Shown here one piece after another: positions 1 to 12,032 of a stretch of 64,000 nt of DNA; the stretch's first letter is position 1; each line of letters begins with the position of its first letter. Position numbers and translations under genes: made by a program. The DNA is from Antedon mediterranea (Eukaryota; Animalia; Echinodermata), in contig NC_092671.1 of the NCBI RefSeq assembly GCF_964355755.1, forward strand, positions 18,724,001-18,788,000, in the 5' to 3' direction. The notes under the pieces were generated by a model. That model searched no databases. It was not told the origin of the DNA and saw only the letters and a list, made by a program, of their open reading frames with translations.

Positions 1-65
1 GCTACGTTTCGAGTCACCAGTTGGCGGTTCTTTAAACCCAGTTTCAGGGATGGGCAGCAACGCTA

Positions 66-112
66 CATAACACTTTTTTTGTCAAACTAGTTTGATAGTG
101 TAGACAGAGCTT
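66..112. mobile_element. End of a Harbinger-like MITE (family also at 23402, 29600, 37752)
   Basis: cactttttttgtcaaactagtttgatagtgtagacagagctt is the reverse complement of the start of the copy at 37752 and matches the TIR at 23402. Confidence 0.55.
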
Positions 113-260
113 AAGTAATAATACTACTAAATAAAATACTCTCAGCAGCTGTAGCCTAGTAGAGGCTAGCCTAGAGAGGGACTAAATTCCCATCCCATAC
201 TACTTCTTGGTGGGCCTGGCTAGGTAGCCTAAAGTGTGTACGCTCTGTTATTTAACTAAC

Positions 261-359
261 CGATATTATTGGTAGGCTTGACACAGTTTCTATCAAAGCG
301 TCAAAACTTGTAGTTCCTACAGTTACAAAGGCAACTTTATCGTTGTATTCTGCTGCCAT
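261..359 (-). CDS. ALG13: ALG13 (UDP-GlcNAc transferase subunit), first coding exon; gene continues off the left edge
   Basis: MAAEYNDKVAFVTVGTTSFDALIETVSSLPIIS carries the ALG13 N-terminal motif FVTVGTTSFDxLI; ATG at 359, phase-0 GTTAGT donor at 260. Confidence 0.85.
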
Positions 360-1670
360 AATATGTGTGTATACGTACGTACGTACTACACTACGTACAC
401 ACGGTTGGTTGGATTGTGCATCCATCCATGCGTGAAACTTCTTTATTTGAATGTGAGAGGGCGGCATACAGTATAATATAGGAAAGCAAAGGATTTTTTC
501 CCATTTTTTGTTTGGTGATTTACGATGTAGGAAAATATTTGAAATGGCTATTATTTCATAACTTTTTCATGCCATACTACATGTCTATAACAACTGAAAT
601 GTACAACAAACAATAATATTTGTATGAATATTATAATAGCTTTCCGTTCCGTCGACATAGCCTGTTTTTGCTCACAAACCTGCTTTGCGGTTAATTTAAT
701 GCATTTGGAGCGTCCATGCTTCTCCTTTTCATTGGTTTAGTTTAAATTCTGATTAAGATTAAGTAAAATAGGCCTAAATGCTAAACACAATGATATACAT
801 ACTAATTGAAATAACAGCATAGCGTTCTTGTATTTCGTTCATAACCAATAAATACAATACAGTACCCCTACATATTATAATCGACTAGAGTCTCACGTGC
901 AACATAACACACCTAGATCAAGCGTCATCTTATACAATTTTGTGTGCAGAATAGCTAAAATACATTTTCTACGCATTTAGATTTTAGTCGAATTTATTTT
1001 CTATTGTACACTTTGTCAACTGTCAACTATATTTGATACTTTTTTATTTAGCTTTTGTTGTTAGGATATTACCGGACACACAGTGTTTATGAGTCGCTTA
1101 CAAAGGTAAAGCGTAAACAAAAAACAATACTTCCTGTCACCTTCTTTTAAGATTTATCTATAGTATGCGAGTATAGAAATAGTTACACCACTCATAAAAC
1201 ACATGCTATGTTATTGTTACTTGTATTTTATTATTTTTACAGCGATAGTTATTTTAAAATTTAATACTAGATTGTAGATTTAAATACTAAATCAAATAAA
1301 ATGGTAAAAAAAAAGATGTTAAAGTGATTAAAATGTTGTGTAAAATTGTTTTTAATTGTTTTTTTTTTTGGCAGAGAAGCCATAAGCTCAGGGGAGGAAT
1401 ACTGTCCCATGGTATATATATCTAGTCCCTCGCTAGACTTGTAGGCATATGTACGTCGTTCCAGATTCATAAGAATGTATCATATGTTATAATAGTAATA
1501 CTAATAAGTGGTGTTGTGCTATTCTAAAAGACACACTTAGTGTCGCTGTTGTTTCTATCTAAGTTTCTATGTTAAAACTATGTATTCTCTCTTGTAGTCA
1601 ATGTTATCTCTGTTCATTCGGGCAACCAAGAACAATTTCAAATGTCCTGAAATGTGAGACTATCATGGCA

Positions 1671-1947
1671 TTTTTAGTCGCGTGTAGAAGCGACTCTATG
1701 CTCACTATGTCGGTTGGTTGGTCGCGACTCTATAGCTCAATATGTCGGTCGGTTGGTTGCGATTCTATAGCTCACTATGTCGGTCGGTTGGTCGCGACTC
1801 TATAGCTCACTATGTCAGTCGGTTGGTCGGTCACGACTCTATAGCTCACTATCTCGGTCGGTCGCGACTCTATAACTCACTATGTCGGTCGGTAAACACT
1901 AACTCAAATTTGCGCACGCGACTGCAGCCATGTATATGGCCTTGTTT
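1671..1947 (+). mobile_element. Helentron-associated/DINE-1-like non-autonomous element with internal ~35-bp tandem array
   Basis: T-run then subterminal IR AGTCGCGTG (1676-1684)/CACGCGACT (1915-1923), about 6 copies of cgactctatagctcactatgtcggtcggttggtcg, 3' hairpin gccat-gtat-atggc followed by CTTGTTT. Confidence 0.7.
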
Positions 1948-2534
1948 AATCTTGTGTTAAAACAGCGGCATTATTGGGTCAAACAAATTTTTCAGTGGTG
2001 TCAATACAGGTGTACCATAATCAATGTTAGGTCTAATTAAAGCAATGTGTAGTCTCAAAATAATATTTTTATCCATGGCAGTTAACAATCCTTCTAATGA
2101 ATCATCCAAGCATATTAGCTAATTTGTATTGAATATATTGGCCCTGATTACTCCAAGTACATACAATACAGCATGGATACTTACAACACAAAAATATTTT
2201 ATTCATCATTACAATAACTCAAAAACCAACATGTGAAAGCGTTGTAGATAAGTCTGCAAGATATCCATGCATAATATCTTTCTTATTAAAAACAGAATCG
2301 TAACAGACTCTAAGCTTCTCTTTACAACTTCTTTTTGTAGGTTGTTATAGAAACGATCCCATGTACCAGGCAAGGAATAAATAAGAAGTTAACTAACTGT
2401 ATACACTTAAAATTATATATATAACTGTAAATTTCCTACACACTATTTACAAATTATACTTGTAGGAAAATCAGAGGTTTGAGCCAGGCCAACAGAGTAA
2501 GTTTGTTACAAATTGTTAAAAAAACAGTAAAAAT

Positions 2535-2669
2535 CTATCCTAGACCAGCTTGTCTTCCTCTTATCCGTCTGGCCAGTTGAATGTCACGAGGCATAACAGT
2601 CACACGTTTTGCATGAATAGCACAGTAGTTGGCATCTTCAAATAGATATATAATAAAAGCCTCTGCTGC
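2535..2669 (-). CDS. CENPA: CENP-A last coding exon
   Basis: [44 protein letters not shown], tttgtttAG acceptor. Confidence 0.92.
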   Translation of the reverse strand, partial: AAEAFIIYLFEDANYCAIHAKRVTVMPRDIQLARRIRGRQAGLG

Positions 2670-5600
2670 CTAAACAAAGGAAGAAGAATTTATAAATTAA
2701 TTTCTCTTGTGTTGGTATCACCCATGCTTACCACTTTAAATTATTCTCATTTGCATTCATCAATGTTTTACCAAAGCTGGTTTTGCCAGCAAGATTTACC
2801 AGAATAAATTCCAAATTGCTAAAGAAAAGTTCAACTTAAATGTATCAATGGAGGCCCAGATCAACACAGGGTGGTTCTCCCCTGGGGCAAAGCACAAAAT
2901 AACACTTGTCTAGTAGAGGTACTGTATGGTAGACATTAAACAAGAGCAAAGTGAGGGTAAAATTGGATTGATAAAAAGTACAATATATTTGAATTTACCA
3001 TACAATATACTAGATATACTATACTGTACTATGAGTCGGAACAAATTGGGACAATACTGATTCCTTATCATAATAATACGCTAGATACGGATACTACAGT
3101 AGATTAAAAATTGACTTTCAATAATCAATCAATCAATAAATTTTATTTCTCAAATAAAAACAAAATACAGTTACATTTTCTAAAAATAATAGATAATAAA
3201 TGAGAAAAAGGGTACCCCACTGGAAGCTTAAGCTTTAGAATGTGGGGTCCAGGCAACATATTTAAAATTAAGGTAAGGTAAGAAATATATATAATTATAT
3301 GATAATGAACAAAAAAGACATTTAACTTAACAAATGCAGTTATAATTTAACTTAAGACAGATATATTATCAACTTAAACAATAATAGTAGAAACAAGGTA
3401 TTCATGTAATTTGAACTTAAATGAAGAAATAAAATTAATAATTTTGAGTTCTTCAGGTAAAGAATTCCATATTTGTGGACCTTGAAAAGATATATCATGC
3501 TTGTCAACCTCCGTATTAAAACAATCATAAGCATAATCTAATTTATTTCTGGTATTATAATTATGAATTGAACTAAAAGTTTGAAAATAAGTATCAAAAA
3601 TACATTGTAATACATTGTTCATGGAGAAATCTGTGCATTGTTGGAGTGTTTTTGTACATTAATTTTTTGTTGAATTTAAAGTTATTACCTCTTGTATTGC
3701 CATAATAGCACTTGACTGCCACCTAAGGTCTGCATGAGAGGAAAACATCATTGCAATTTCTCTAACCTAAAAGTAGTAAATTCAATTTGAATAAGATAAA
3801 TTTTGCCAACTCTAAATTACATGCATTATATTGGTGTCAATAAACATTTATTTCGAAAAATAAAATTATTAGTTTGTTTATATATTCAATTCAAAAAAAT
3901 GTATTCATAAATTACGTCCAGAAGACAAAAGTACCAAAAACAAAATGGCAAGTGATAATACAAGAAAATGGACGAAGGCAAATCCCAAAAAGATTAGAAT
4001 CTTGTGACGGGATTGCCTTTACAAATTTAAATTAAGAGAAGAATAAATATAAATAAAGTAAATAAATTAATTTAATAATAAAGAAATAAAAAATGAATTT
4101 AAAACCAGTAGATAAAAGTTGGAATAAAAAGTAAAAATGATGAACAGAAAAAAGTACAGCTTTATGGCATAGAGCGAATATGATGACAAATGAATAATAA
4201 AGGTAGCAAGTCACGGAACATGAAAACAACGACCATATCAAACAGATCGATCAGTAATGAGACAAAAGATAATTTTTAATTTTATGATAGAATGAATAGC
4301 GGTTAGCAACACAGGAAATTGAGGGGGGTAAATTGAGGGGGGTAAATTGTTAAACAATAGAGGTCCAGAGTATCTAATGCTATGTTGAAAATAATTGGTG
4401 TTGTGGTTGGGGATATATATGTTATTTCTGGTTCTAGTGTAATATTTATGAACGGTATTATTGGGAGCAAAAAGTTCGTTGAGATGGCAAGGGAGAAGTG
4501 AGTGAGTAGCCGAAAAAACAAAGACACCTTGCTGGGATAGGTTAATGTCCGAGAGTTTGAGAAGATTGAGTTTGGAGAATAAATGGGAGGAATGTGACAG
4601 TGGATGAGCGCCAGATTATTATAGTCCTGATAGCTTTTTTTTTGTAGGATAGAGAGTTTAATGATGTTTGTGGGGTAAGTGTTGGCCCAGACAATGTTAC
4701 CATAGCTCAAATAAGGAAGGATGAGTGTGCAATAAAGGGTCCTGAGAATATTAGTTGGGAGGAAGGAAGAAAGCCTAGAAATGATCCCAAGGTTCTTAGA
4801 CACTTTGTTCTCAGTTTCCTGAATATGGGTTTCTATGAGAGAGAGAGAGAGAGTTGTTGATGATATAATATATTATACTGTATATATAGTCAGAGGGTCA
4901 TGTCAAGAAGTACAATAGTACTTGTCACAAGATGACCCTATAAACAAACATTTTTTATAAATAAATAAAAATAAATATGTAGAAATGAAATGTAATGAGA
5001 CTTACAACACGTGCAAATGGTAACTTTCTCAGTAGCAAATCTGTTGATTTTTGATATTTTCGTATTTCACGTAAAGCCCTAGTTCCTGGTCTGAACCTCC
5101 TCTCTGAAAAACATGGTATGGAACATTTTAATTTATAATAATTTTCAATTCGTGGCATCTCAGGGCCGTAGCCACTAGTACAGTTGATAAAGTTTCAACC
5201 TCACCACTTTTTCACAGAGGCCTTTGACAGCCCATTGGCTTTAACAAAGATTGTTCCCTTTTCTTTCGAAAATCGCACGGTCACTTTATTTCTTGTGGCT
5301 ACATCACTTCATCTAATTTAATCGCTGGCCTATAGTAATTGCCATGCTCTCGACCAACTATAGACCAGCTAAACTACACATGTCTGTTAAAACCTTCTAT
5401 TTTATTCATAAACATTCAGATCCACATTAATGACGCATGACAATTGCGTGGCTAGCCCTAGCCTAATTCGTGTAGATTTAGCTTACTTAGTAAGTTTAGC
5501 AGTCATTTAAAATATGCTTTGGGAATAATATCTCATAAGGAAACATGCAATGAATTATCAAATGCTGCGAAGGGCTTTTTTTTATTCGTGACAGAAAAAC

Positions 5601-6386
5601 TGTTCCACGAGATAGACCTACTCTAACCAAGTCCATGTTATGGGTTCGCTCATGAACTAGCCTACAGCCAACCGTCAGTGATCTGGATACATACAGTACT
5701 ATATAGTCATGGAGGTAAATGCTAGTAGTCTCCAGATTACATTGGGCTTTATTTTTAACCATGCCCCTCAGCTCAGTAAATATTTGTATACTAGGCCTAT
5801 AGGCTACTATACTGTCAAACTTCTTGCCTAAATAAACTACTAAATGTACAATACAAGTTGCTAAGAAGTTTTTAAGGTTAGACTAGATAATTATACACTT
5901 ACAGCCTAAATAACAGTACGGCAAGCTACATCACAGGCCTAGGGATAGTCTACAAAGAACATAATGTCTTTCTGGGCGCTAGCATGGATAGGCAAAAGTT
6001 ATTATAGGCTATTAATTATTAATATATAAAACTAGGCTTAGTGACGTGAGGCCTAGCTGCTTCGAATTGAATTCATTTAAATACTGTAACTGTATTTTTT
6101 TATTAATATTAATTATTAATTAGCTAGCTACCGGATTGGTCAACCTGCCTAAAACAAATAAAGACTAGCCAGGCCTGTTTAATCAGAATGTATGCACATT
6201 ATTTTTGGCATTAATTATCATGTTGACACCATTATAAAACATACGTTTTCTCGCTTTCTTCTGTGTGGACGGAACCCCACCACTACTTGTGCTAGGCCCA
6301 TGCATATCTTTATTATCTATCGGACGCCGACGGGGACTGAATGATTTTCTTCCACCACCACGGTGCTGCTGCTGATGCCTACCCAT
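2535..6386 (-). CDS. CENPA: Centromeric histone H3 variant CENP-A (cenH3); exons 6245-6386, 5006-5103, 3689-3766, 2535-2669; about 150 aa
   Basis: Spliced histone fold [19 protein letters not shown]...[76 protein letters not shown]; non-H3 N-tail, loop 1 two residues longer than H3, W for F84, A for Q68, GLG C-terminus; phases 1,0,0 consistent. Confidence 0.92.
3121..3622 (-). mobile_element. 5'-truncated LINE (CR1/L2-group) 3' end in CENP-A intron
   Basis: ORF end HNYNTRNK...[17 protein letters not shown]...FKFKL typical of LINE ORF2 C-termini, 3' UTR stem-loop near 3210-3250, AATAAA plus (attg)n tail. Confidence 0.75.
3689..3766 (-). CDS. CENPA: CENP-A coding exon 3 (loop 1/CATD)
   Basis: [26 protein letters not shown] between AG and GTAATA. 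Confidence 0.9.
3880..4835 (-). mobile_element. Degenerate LINE (CR1/L2-group) RT C-terminal fragment and 3' UTR in CENP-A intron
   Basis: [55 protein letters not shown] matches the LINE RT thumb region; frameshifted; stem-loop near 3975-4020. Confidence 0.75.
5006..5103 (-). CDS. CENPA: CENP-A coding exon 2
   Basis: [32 protein letters not shown], ttttcAG acceptor, GTAAGT donor. Confidence 0.9.
5161..5310. mobile_element. Possible degenerate hAT-like MITE
   Basis: Ends cagggccgtagccac ... gtggctacatcac form an imperfect terminal inverted repeat. Confidence 0.3.
6245..6386 (-). CDS. CENPA: CENP-A coding exon 1 (divergent N-tail)
   Basis: [21 protein letters not shown]...QKKARK, phase-1 GTATGT donor compatible with exon 2. 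Confidence 0.8.
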
Positions 6387-6551
6387 AACGCTTGATTTCT
6401 AAAGCTAAAAAAAACATTACATTTCACATGGCATTACAACAAATATGCATGTTATATTAGTATCATATATTATATAAATGAAAAATGTGCTTTTACGTTA
6501 AATAAGGTATCTTACATAAAAAAAGTAAATTTAGCCGATCGTGTTATAACG

Positions 6552-6566
6552 TTTAAATTTTCCGGC
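6552..6566 (-). promoter_or_regulatory. Candidate CDE/CHR cell-cycle element of the CENP-A promoter
   Basis: Minus strand GCCGG-aaaa-TTTAAA just upstream of a putative non-coding exon ending at a GTAAGA donor (6515). Confidence 0.4.
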
Positions 6567-7893
6567 TTACAACAAACATTAGAATAGAACGCCAGTTGTG
6601 CATTACAAATGTGCGAAACTTGGATTTACAAATTGTTACACTGTATCTTATTTACTTCATATGTTTTTAATATTTTGGTTTTTTATACTATTATTGTAAT
6701 TTCAGACAAAATAATCTACAACGCAAAATTGCAAGACAGTATTTATAATAAGGCCTACAGAGTGTGTAGCGAATGGCGTTCCATATGACCTATCGATAAC
6801 CTTTAGCAACAGTACATTGTGATAGTACACCAACAAAATAAAATCTCCCCACTCCAAAATATCATCGCGTATTTCGTATTAATTCTTATTTCTATAATCT
6901 TTCAAATGTACATGCACAAAAAAAAGAAAAAAAACATAGGCCTACCTTAACAACAAAAGCCGTCACACTAATCAAGCCAAATTGAAAATGTTTATATATA
7001 TAGGCCTAAATATTATTACAAATAGGCCTAATGTTCACATTGTATGTAGGCTAGTAGATGTTGTCAAACAAAATAATACACTATTTAAATTTTCCAATTT
7101 CTTTTAAAATGTTTCCAGAGTTTTTTTGTATAAATTGTCTATTAGGCCTATAGGGCCTATAGTTTGATCTAATAAAAATTGATCCGTACGTATTAAAAAT
7201 ATATATAGGAAAGTAGGCCTAATAATGATTTAAAAACTAAAAGAAAGATAAATTGGAAGTTATCCTATAGGCCTACATAATTCTAACCACGAACTTACGT
7301 ACTCAGTGCCTAAAATCATATGTTCCACCGTTTCAATATTTGTAAAGTTCAGTTTTCTATTTACCAAAATAGCTTCAGGAATGTTGTTAATGTAACATTT
7401 TGTATTGTATTGTGTAATTTGAATTCCATTTTGTATTTGTTGGTCTTTTTTCGAAAAAAAATGTCTCCCAATTGAATTACACAGGCCTACAATCTCCATT
7501 TGTAGTAATTTGCCTTTAATTGTAAATTACCTTTTCTATTTTTTCAATTAAGCGCAGGCCTAAAACGTTCGCTTATATGTTGGTGAGTAAAATTGCTAGC
7601 CTCTTCAGAGACAACACTATCATCTAGATTACTGATCTCTCTTTTCAAATCTAATTAAATTTCATATGTTACTCCAAAAAAATGTTAAATTAAGTTGTGA
7701 AAGTTCAAAATTACAAAGAAAGACAAAAAACATCGTAGGCCAAAAGACAATCAACCTGAGAATGAATAAGTAGATAATGTTCCCTTTACGAACACCTCTA
7801 TCATGGAGGATTCCTGGAGCAGGAAATAGAGAGACAGTTTCTCAAATTCACAACGTGTCCTGTATAATATACACAGCAGAACTTTTAGGCTAG

Positions 7894-8003
7894 AATTGGA
7901 CTAAAGTCACCTCATACCCCCTTTCACACCAAAAGCAACACCGGAGTGTCTTCAGAGTTTTGCTTTTGGTGTGAAAGGGGTATGAGGTGACTTTAGTCCA
8001 ATT
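7894..8003. repeat. Near-perfect inverted repeat, ~45-bp arms, ~20-bp spacer (MITE-like foldback)
   Basis: aattggactaaagtcacctcataccccctttcacaccaaaagcaa ... ttgcttttggtgtgaaaggggtatgaggtgactttagtccaatt. Confidence 0.9.
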
Positions 8004-9209
8004 ATCACTATGTTGGTCGGTTGGCTAACGAGTGTTAGCCAAGACGATAGCAGCCATGGAATTAAGCACACACAAATTAGTTTATTTTAATTCCTTCTAT
8101 CATAACTAATGTTATTTTATTGATATTGTGACTAAATATTGGTCAATTTTTCAATTCAATTTAAATCATGACTTTCAAAAACATTTATATCATGATCATC
8201 CCCAGGATAGCACATCACCTATAAACAGCTCACAGTCCAGTGGAGTAAAAAAAAATTTAACATTACTTACTCTTTTTATGAATTACGTCAATAATCTATA
8301 AAAAGCGTATGTAAAAAGTATGCCTATAATGTAGCCTACGGTACATTAACGATGTCTATAAAAATGAGATTCCTAATAAACATGGAATTATTAAATGTCT
8401 GATATGCAAATGAGATGTAGGCCTACGAAAATATGCAAATTAAAGTTAGATTTTAATATATGCAAGCTAGATATTGACCCAAATGCTTCAGCGCCATCAC
8501 TTCAAGTGGTATATTTGCATGCAGGTAAACATACATTTTTTATTTCATTTAAAACTCTTATCCATGTGACTTAACATCAACATTGAGATGAATATTGCAA
8601 GTTTGAAGTATTATTTTGAGAGAATTAACCTCTAAGTTCTAGTAAATTAGCTAGGTTTGTATGCGTGTAATGGAAATGTTGCTGTACAGTATTGCTTTCT
8701 CTATCTCTTGCTTTGTCGATGCACCATCGAAAAAAAGTTTTTGGAGGAGGAGAGGATGTTGTGTCGCCATTTCAATCTAAAATTGAAACTGTAAGCAGAG
8801 TCTTATCATTTTACCGGGGCCTGACGGTACCAATTTCATCTTCATGAGGATCTAAAACGGAAAGAACTGAAGCCTTATACATAAATTTCCGTCTGTTGGC
8901 GAATAATATTTTTTAGCAATTCTTTTTTAATATTTTTTATTAAAGGTGACTAATTTTATTTTCATAGGCCTCTGCACATGTTTGCCGATTTCTCCAAAAA
9001 TAGTGATGGCGGGATAAAAATATGCCACACAGTAGTAATAACTGTCTGACATATTATATTACATGAAATTCCGAGAAACTTTAAAAAAAAACGAATAGAG
9101 TACTATCTTGTCACAATAAAAATCTATGTCCTCACAAAAAAAGTTTCACCAACTCAAATTATCATGAAATCAATTTTATTTATCTTCTTTTTGCGAACTT
9201 TGTCATACT

Positions 9210-9298
9210 TTATCGATGACGTCATTTGGTATTGCCAGCCATTTTGTTGGGAGTTGTTTCGCTGCGGCATTCCTGAGAGGGTTAACTTATTACATACA
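9210..9298 (+). promoter_or_regulatory. Putative talin promoter and non-coding first exon
   Basis: CRE TGACGTCA (9217-9224), YY1-like GCCATTTTG, local CpG enrichment, consensus GTAAGT donor at 9299; talin ATG exon has an upstream acceptor at 14132. Confidence 0.5.
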
Positions 9299-10342
9299 GT
9301 AAGTATATTTACTTTTCATTGCATTCATAGTTCCGTTATGGAAACCAAGTATATTAGCTGTTATTTTATTATCGTTTTTTTGCTGAATAGTTGCTGTTAT
9401 TGACAATTAACTAGGCTAGGCTAGGCCTTGCCGTGACCTCTGCCAAGCCCATCTCATCAGGCAGCCATGCACGGCTAAACCTGCTATTGCGGGATGCGTC
9501 CACTTTCTTTGGATTATCATTCATGATTGTTTAGTGAAGCGAAAAACGGAAGGTTGTACTTCTTTTAAAAACATACCTTTGGTATTTTGTGTTATTGTGA
9601 GTAATTGGGTTGTCACCTACGTACATTGCTCCTTTTGGCCAGCCTAATGAATTTTGCGTCACTGTTCTGGGCTAAACCTAGTAAATAGTATTATTTAGGT
9701 AAAGTAAAGTAAGTAAAACAAATTGTAAAAACTATAAAAAAAATGAGGACTTGATTGAGCAATTTCTGTACTATTTATTGTCATTCCAGGAAGTGAGACT
9801 AAATTATGTGGTGTCTAGGACAGGTAGGGGCCTAGGCCCCTAGGCCTAGGTAGGAGCAAAAATATGATATAATCAATTATTAAATAGGCCCTAGTATTAT
9901 GTTGAATAATTTAATTTTTCAATTTTAAACCTTTTCTTTTTTCACAAATTGTATTGTGTGAGCATCTGTTTAAAGCACAGCCTCTTTTGGCAAGTTTAAA
10001 TAAAATGTAAATATATACTGTATATATTGTTGTTAAATGCCTTGATTATTGTTTATGCGTTTGTTTAGTTGAAAGAATAAAGCCTTGAAATAAAGCTTTG
10101 AGTAAACCTCAGTATCCAGGTGACCCTGTTACAACACATAACATCCTTCCTTAAAATATTCAATTACTTTATCATCATTTGTTCATAACTTCATGCATAC
10201 AGTAGACCTAGATTAAGAATTAAATAGATCTAAAGTACTCATATTGAACAGGGTTTATTAGGCAGCTTGTTTAAACAACACACTTGACACAATACTCTGT
10301 GTCAAATCAACACAGTTTTTGAGATGACCCAACTCTCACAAT

Positions 10343-10470
10343 ACAGTAGAACCCATTGGAACCCATTGAAATGGTGTCTCCTAAATAAAGGGTGACCATT
10401 AGTTTTATTTTATCCCTCTTATTTGTTTCACTAAAAATTGTCCTCTTAATAGGGGTGTCCCTATTAATTT
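10343..10470. mobile_element. Degenerate pogo/Tigger-like MITE fragment
   Basis: ta-cagtagaaccc start and ggtgtccc motifs shared with copies at 22080, 28486, 42288, 54982. Confidence 0.4.
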
Positions 10471-12032
10471 TTTGCAATTTTTTTCTTCTAGAAAATAAAT
10501 AAAAGGAGTGAAAAGAGTGTTTTAGGGTCTAATTCAATAAACAGTACATGCCAACTTACCGTACCTTATTATTTTCTCATTCTAAGTTGAAAGTTTTCGT
10601 TATGGAAAATGTACCCTCTGCCTTCTACACTACTAATTCCCAACATAAAATTGAATAAAAGTATTTAGTAATAATGATGACAATTTAAACTAATTTATTA
10701 CTAAAATTTCTTTCATACTTAATGCATTAATAATTAACCATTGCTCTATCTGTTAATTAATGATTCAGATTTGGTTTTAATGAAGCAAAAATTCTACTGA
10801 GAAATTAGAGATCAAACACACATAGATAAACCCTTTAATAAAGTGTTCTTGACAATATCTAACGTCAGCGATAATAATATTAAATATGCAGTGTTGATTC
10901 GATGAAGGAGAGAATTGTACATTAGGCTTGGTAGAAACTATTGATTAAGCATACAGTTTTGGAGATTTTTGTAGACCGAACTATTGAGTAATTGATTTCT
11001 TCTTCTTGATCTGCAGTTTTCTAAATGAATGAGTAGATTACTGTAGATATTTACTGTACAAAAATGAATTCATGATTAAAAGTAGTTCTGCATTGTATTT
11101 TACAGTACAATGTTGCAGTTACCAGTGTAAACAGTACTGTATGTGTTTATTACACTTTCATAGGTAAAGGATAAACCTTCATGCTTTCACTTTCACCATA
11201 GTGTACAGTAGTATAAGTTATTTTGATTGTTTGAATTGTGATAGACAATATAGACTACAAAACTTTTGGCCACTAAGAAAAAAATCCCTGTGACCATATT
11301 TACCAATGAAGATGAACAAATAAAATTTATGATGGTGGCTTGCCTCACTTTTTGGAGTGTTTGTAATTATTTTTCAATTTTGTTTGTGAATATCAAACTT
11401 ATTTGCTGTATCTCTCAAGAAAAGACACAAACACAAAAATGTATTTAAACGCAATGCAAGTCATTTTGACCATCACAAGCAATGAATTATCTAAACTGTC
11501 AATTGTCATTGGTCAACTCACTTGTGTTGCGCTTACTCTACAGTACACTTGCATTTTGTCCTACTAAGAACCTAGCTTGAGAGAGATACTGTACAATATT
11601 TCTAGTGCTAGTGTTGGTGTACAAAACAATAATCCATGTCATCCAAAGCGTCACATAATTATGGTGAATTTGTTTTAATTGTTTAGTCCTGCATAGTATT
11701 ACTGTATGGCCTATGATTTACTGTCAGAGCACAGTGTACAGACAGACCTCACCATGTGCAAGATTTTGAGACTTTGTTTCTGATAATAGCGGTGCCATCA
11801 CATAAACATATCATCACCTGCGTTTATTTAACAATTTCAATTTAACATTTTAAAAAGATAATTAGTGATTGTACTGTTAAGAAGAGATTTATTTTAAATC
11901 CAGAATTCAGGCACCTTCACTACTATCTGTACAGCTTCCTGTTTTGGTGACCCATTGGTGTAGTGGCTCAGGATTGAAGAGACATGTGAACAAGTTATTC
12001 TGTTATCCTGTACATATACACTAGTGATTATT

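Noticed and set aside
1690-1895. CRISPR-like array or ORFs 1569-1960
   Set aside because: Degenerate tandem units without spacers inside a DINE-like element
2535-6386. Canonical histone H3 or H3.3
   Set aside because: No ARTKQTAR tail, longer loop 1, diagnostic cenH3 substitutions
8220-9150. DNA transposon remnant upstream of talin (and similar texture at 22480-23160, 34280-34640)
   Set aside because: Repeat-like with internal inverted motifs, but termini and TSDs could not be defined by eye
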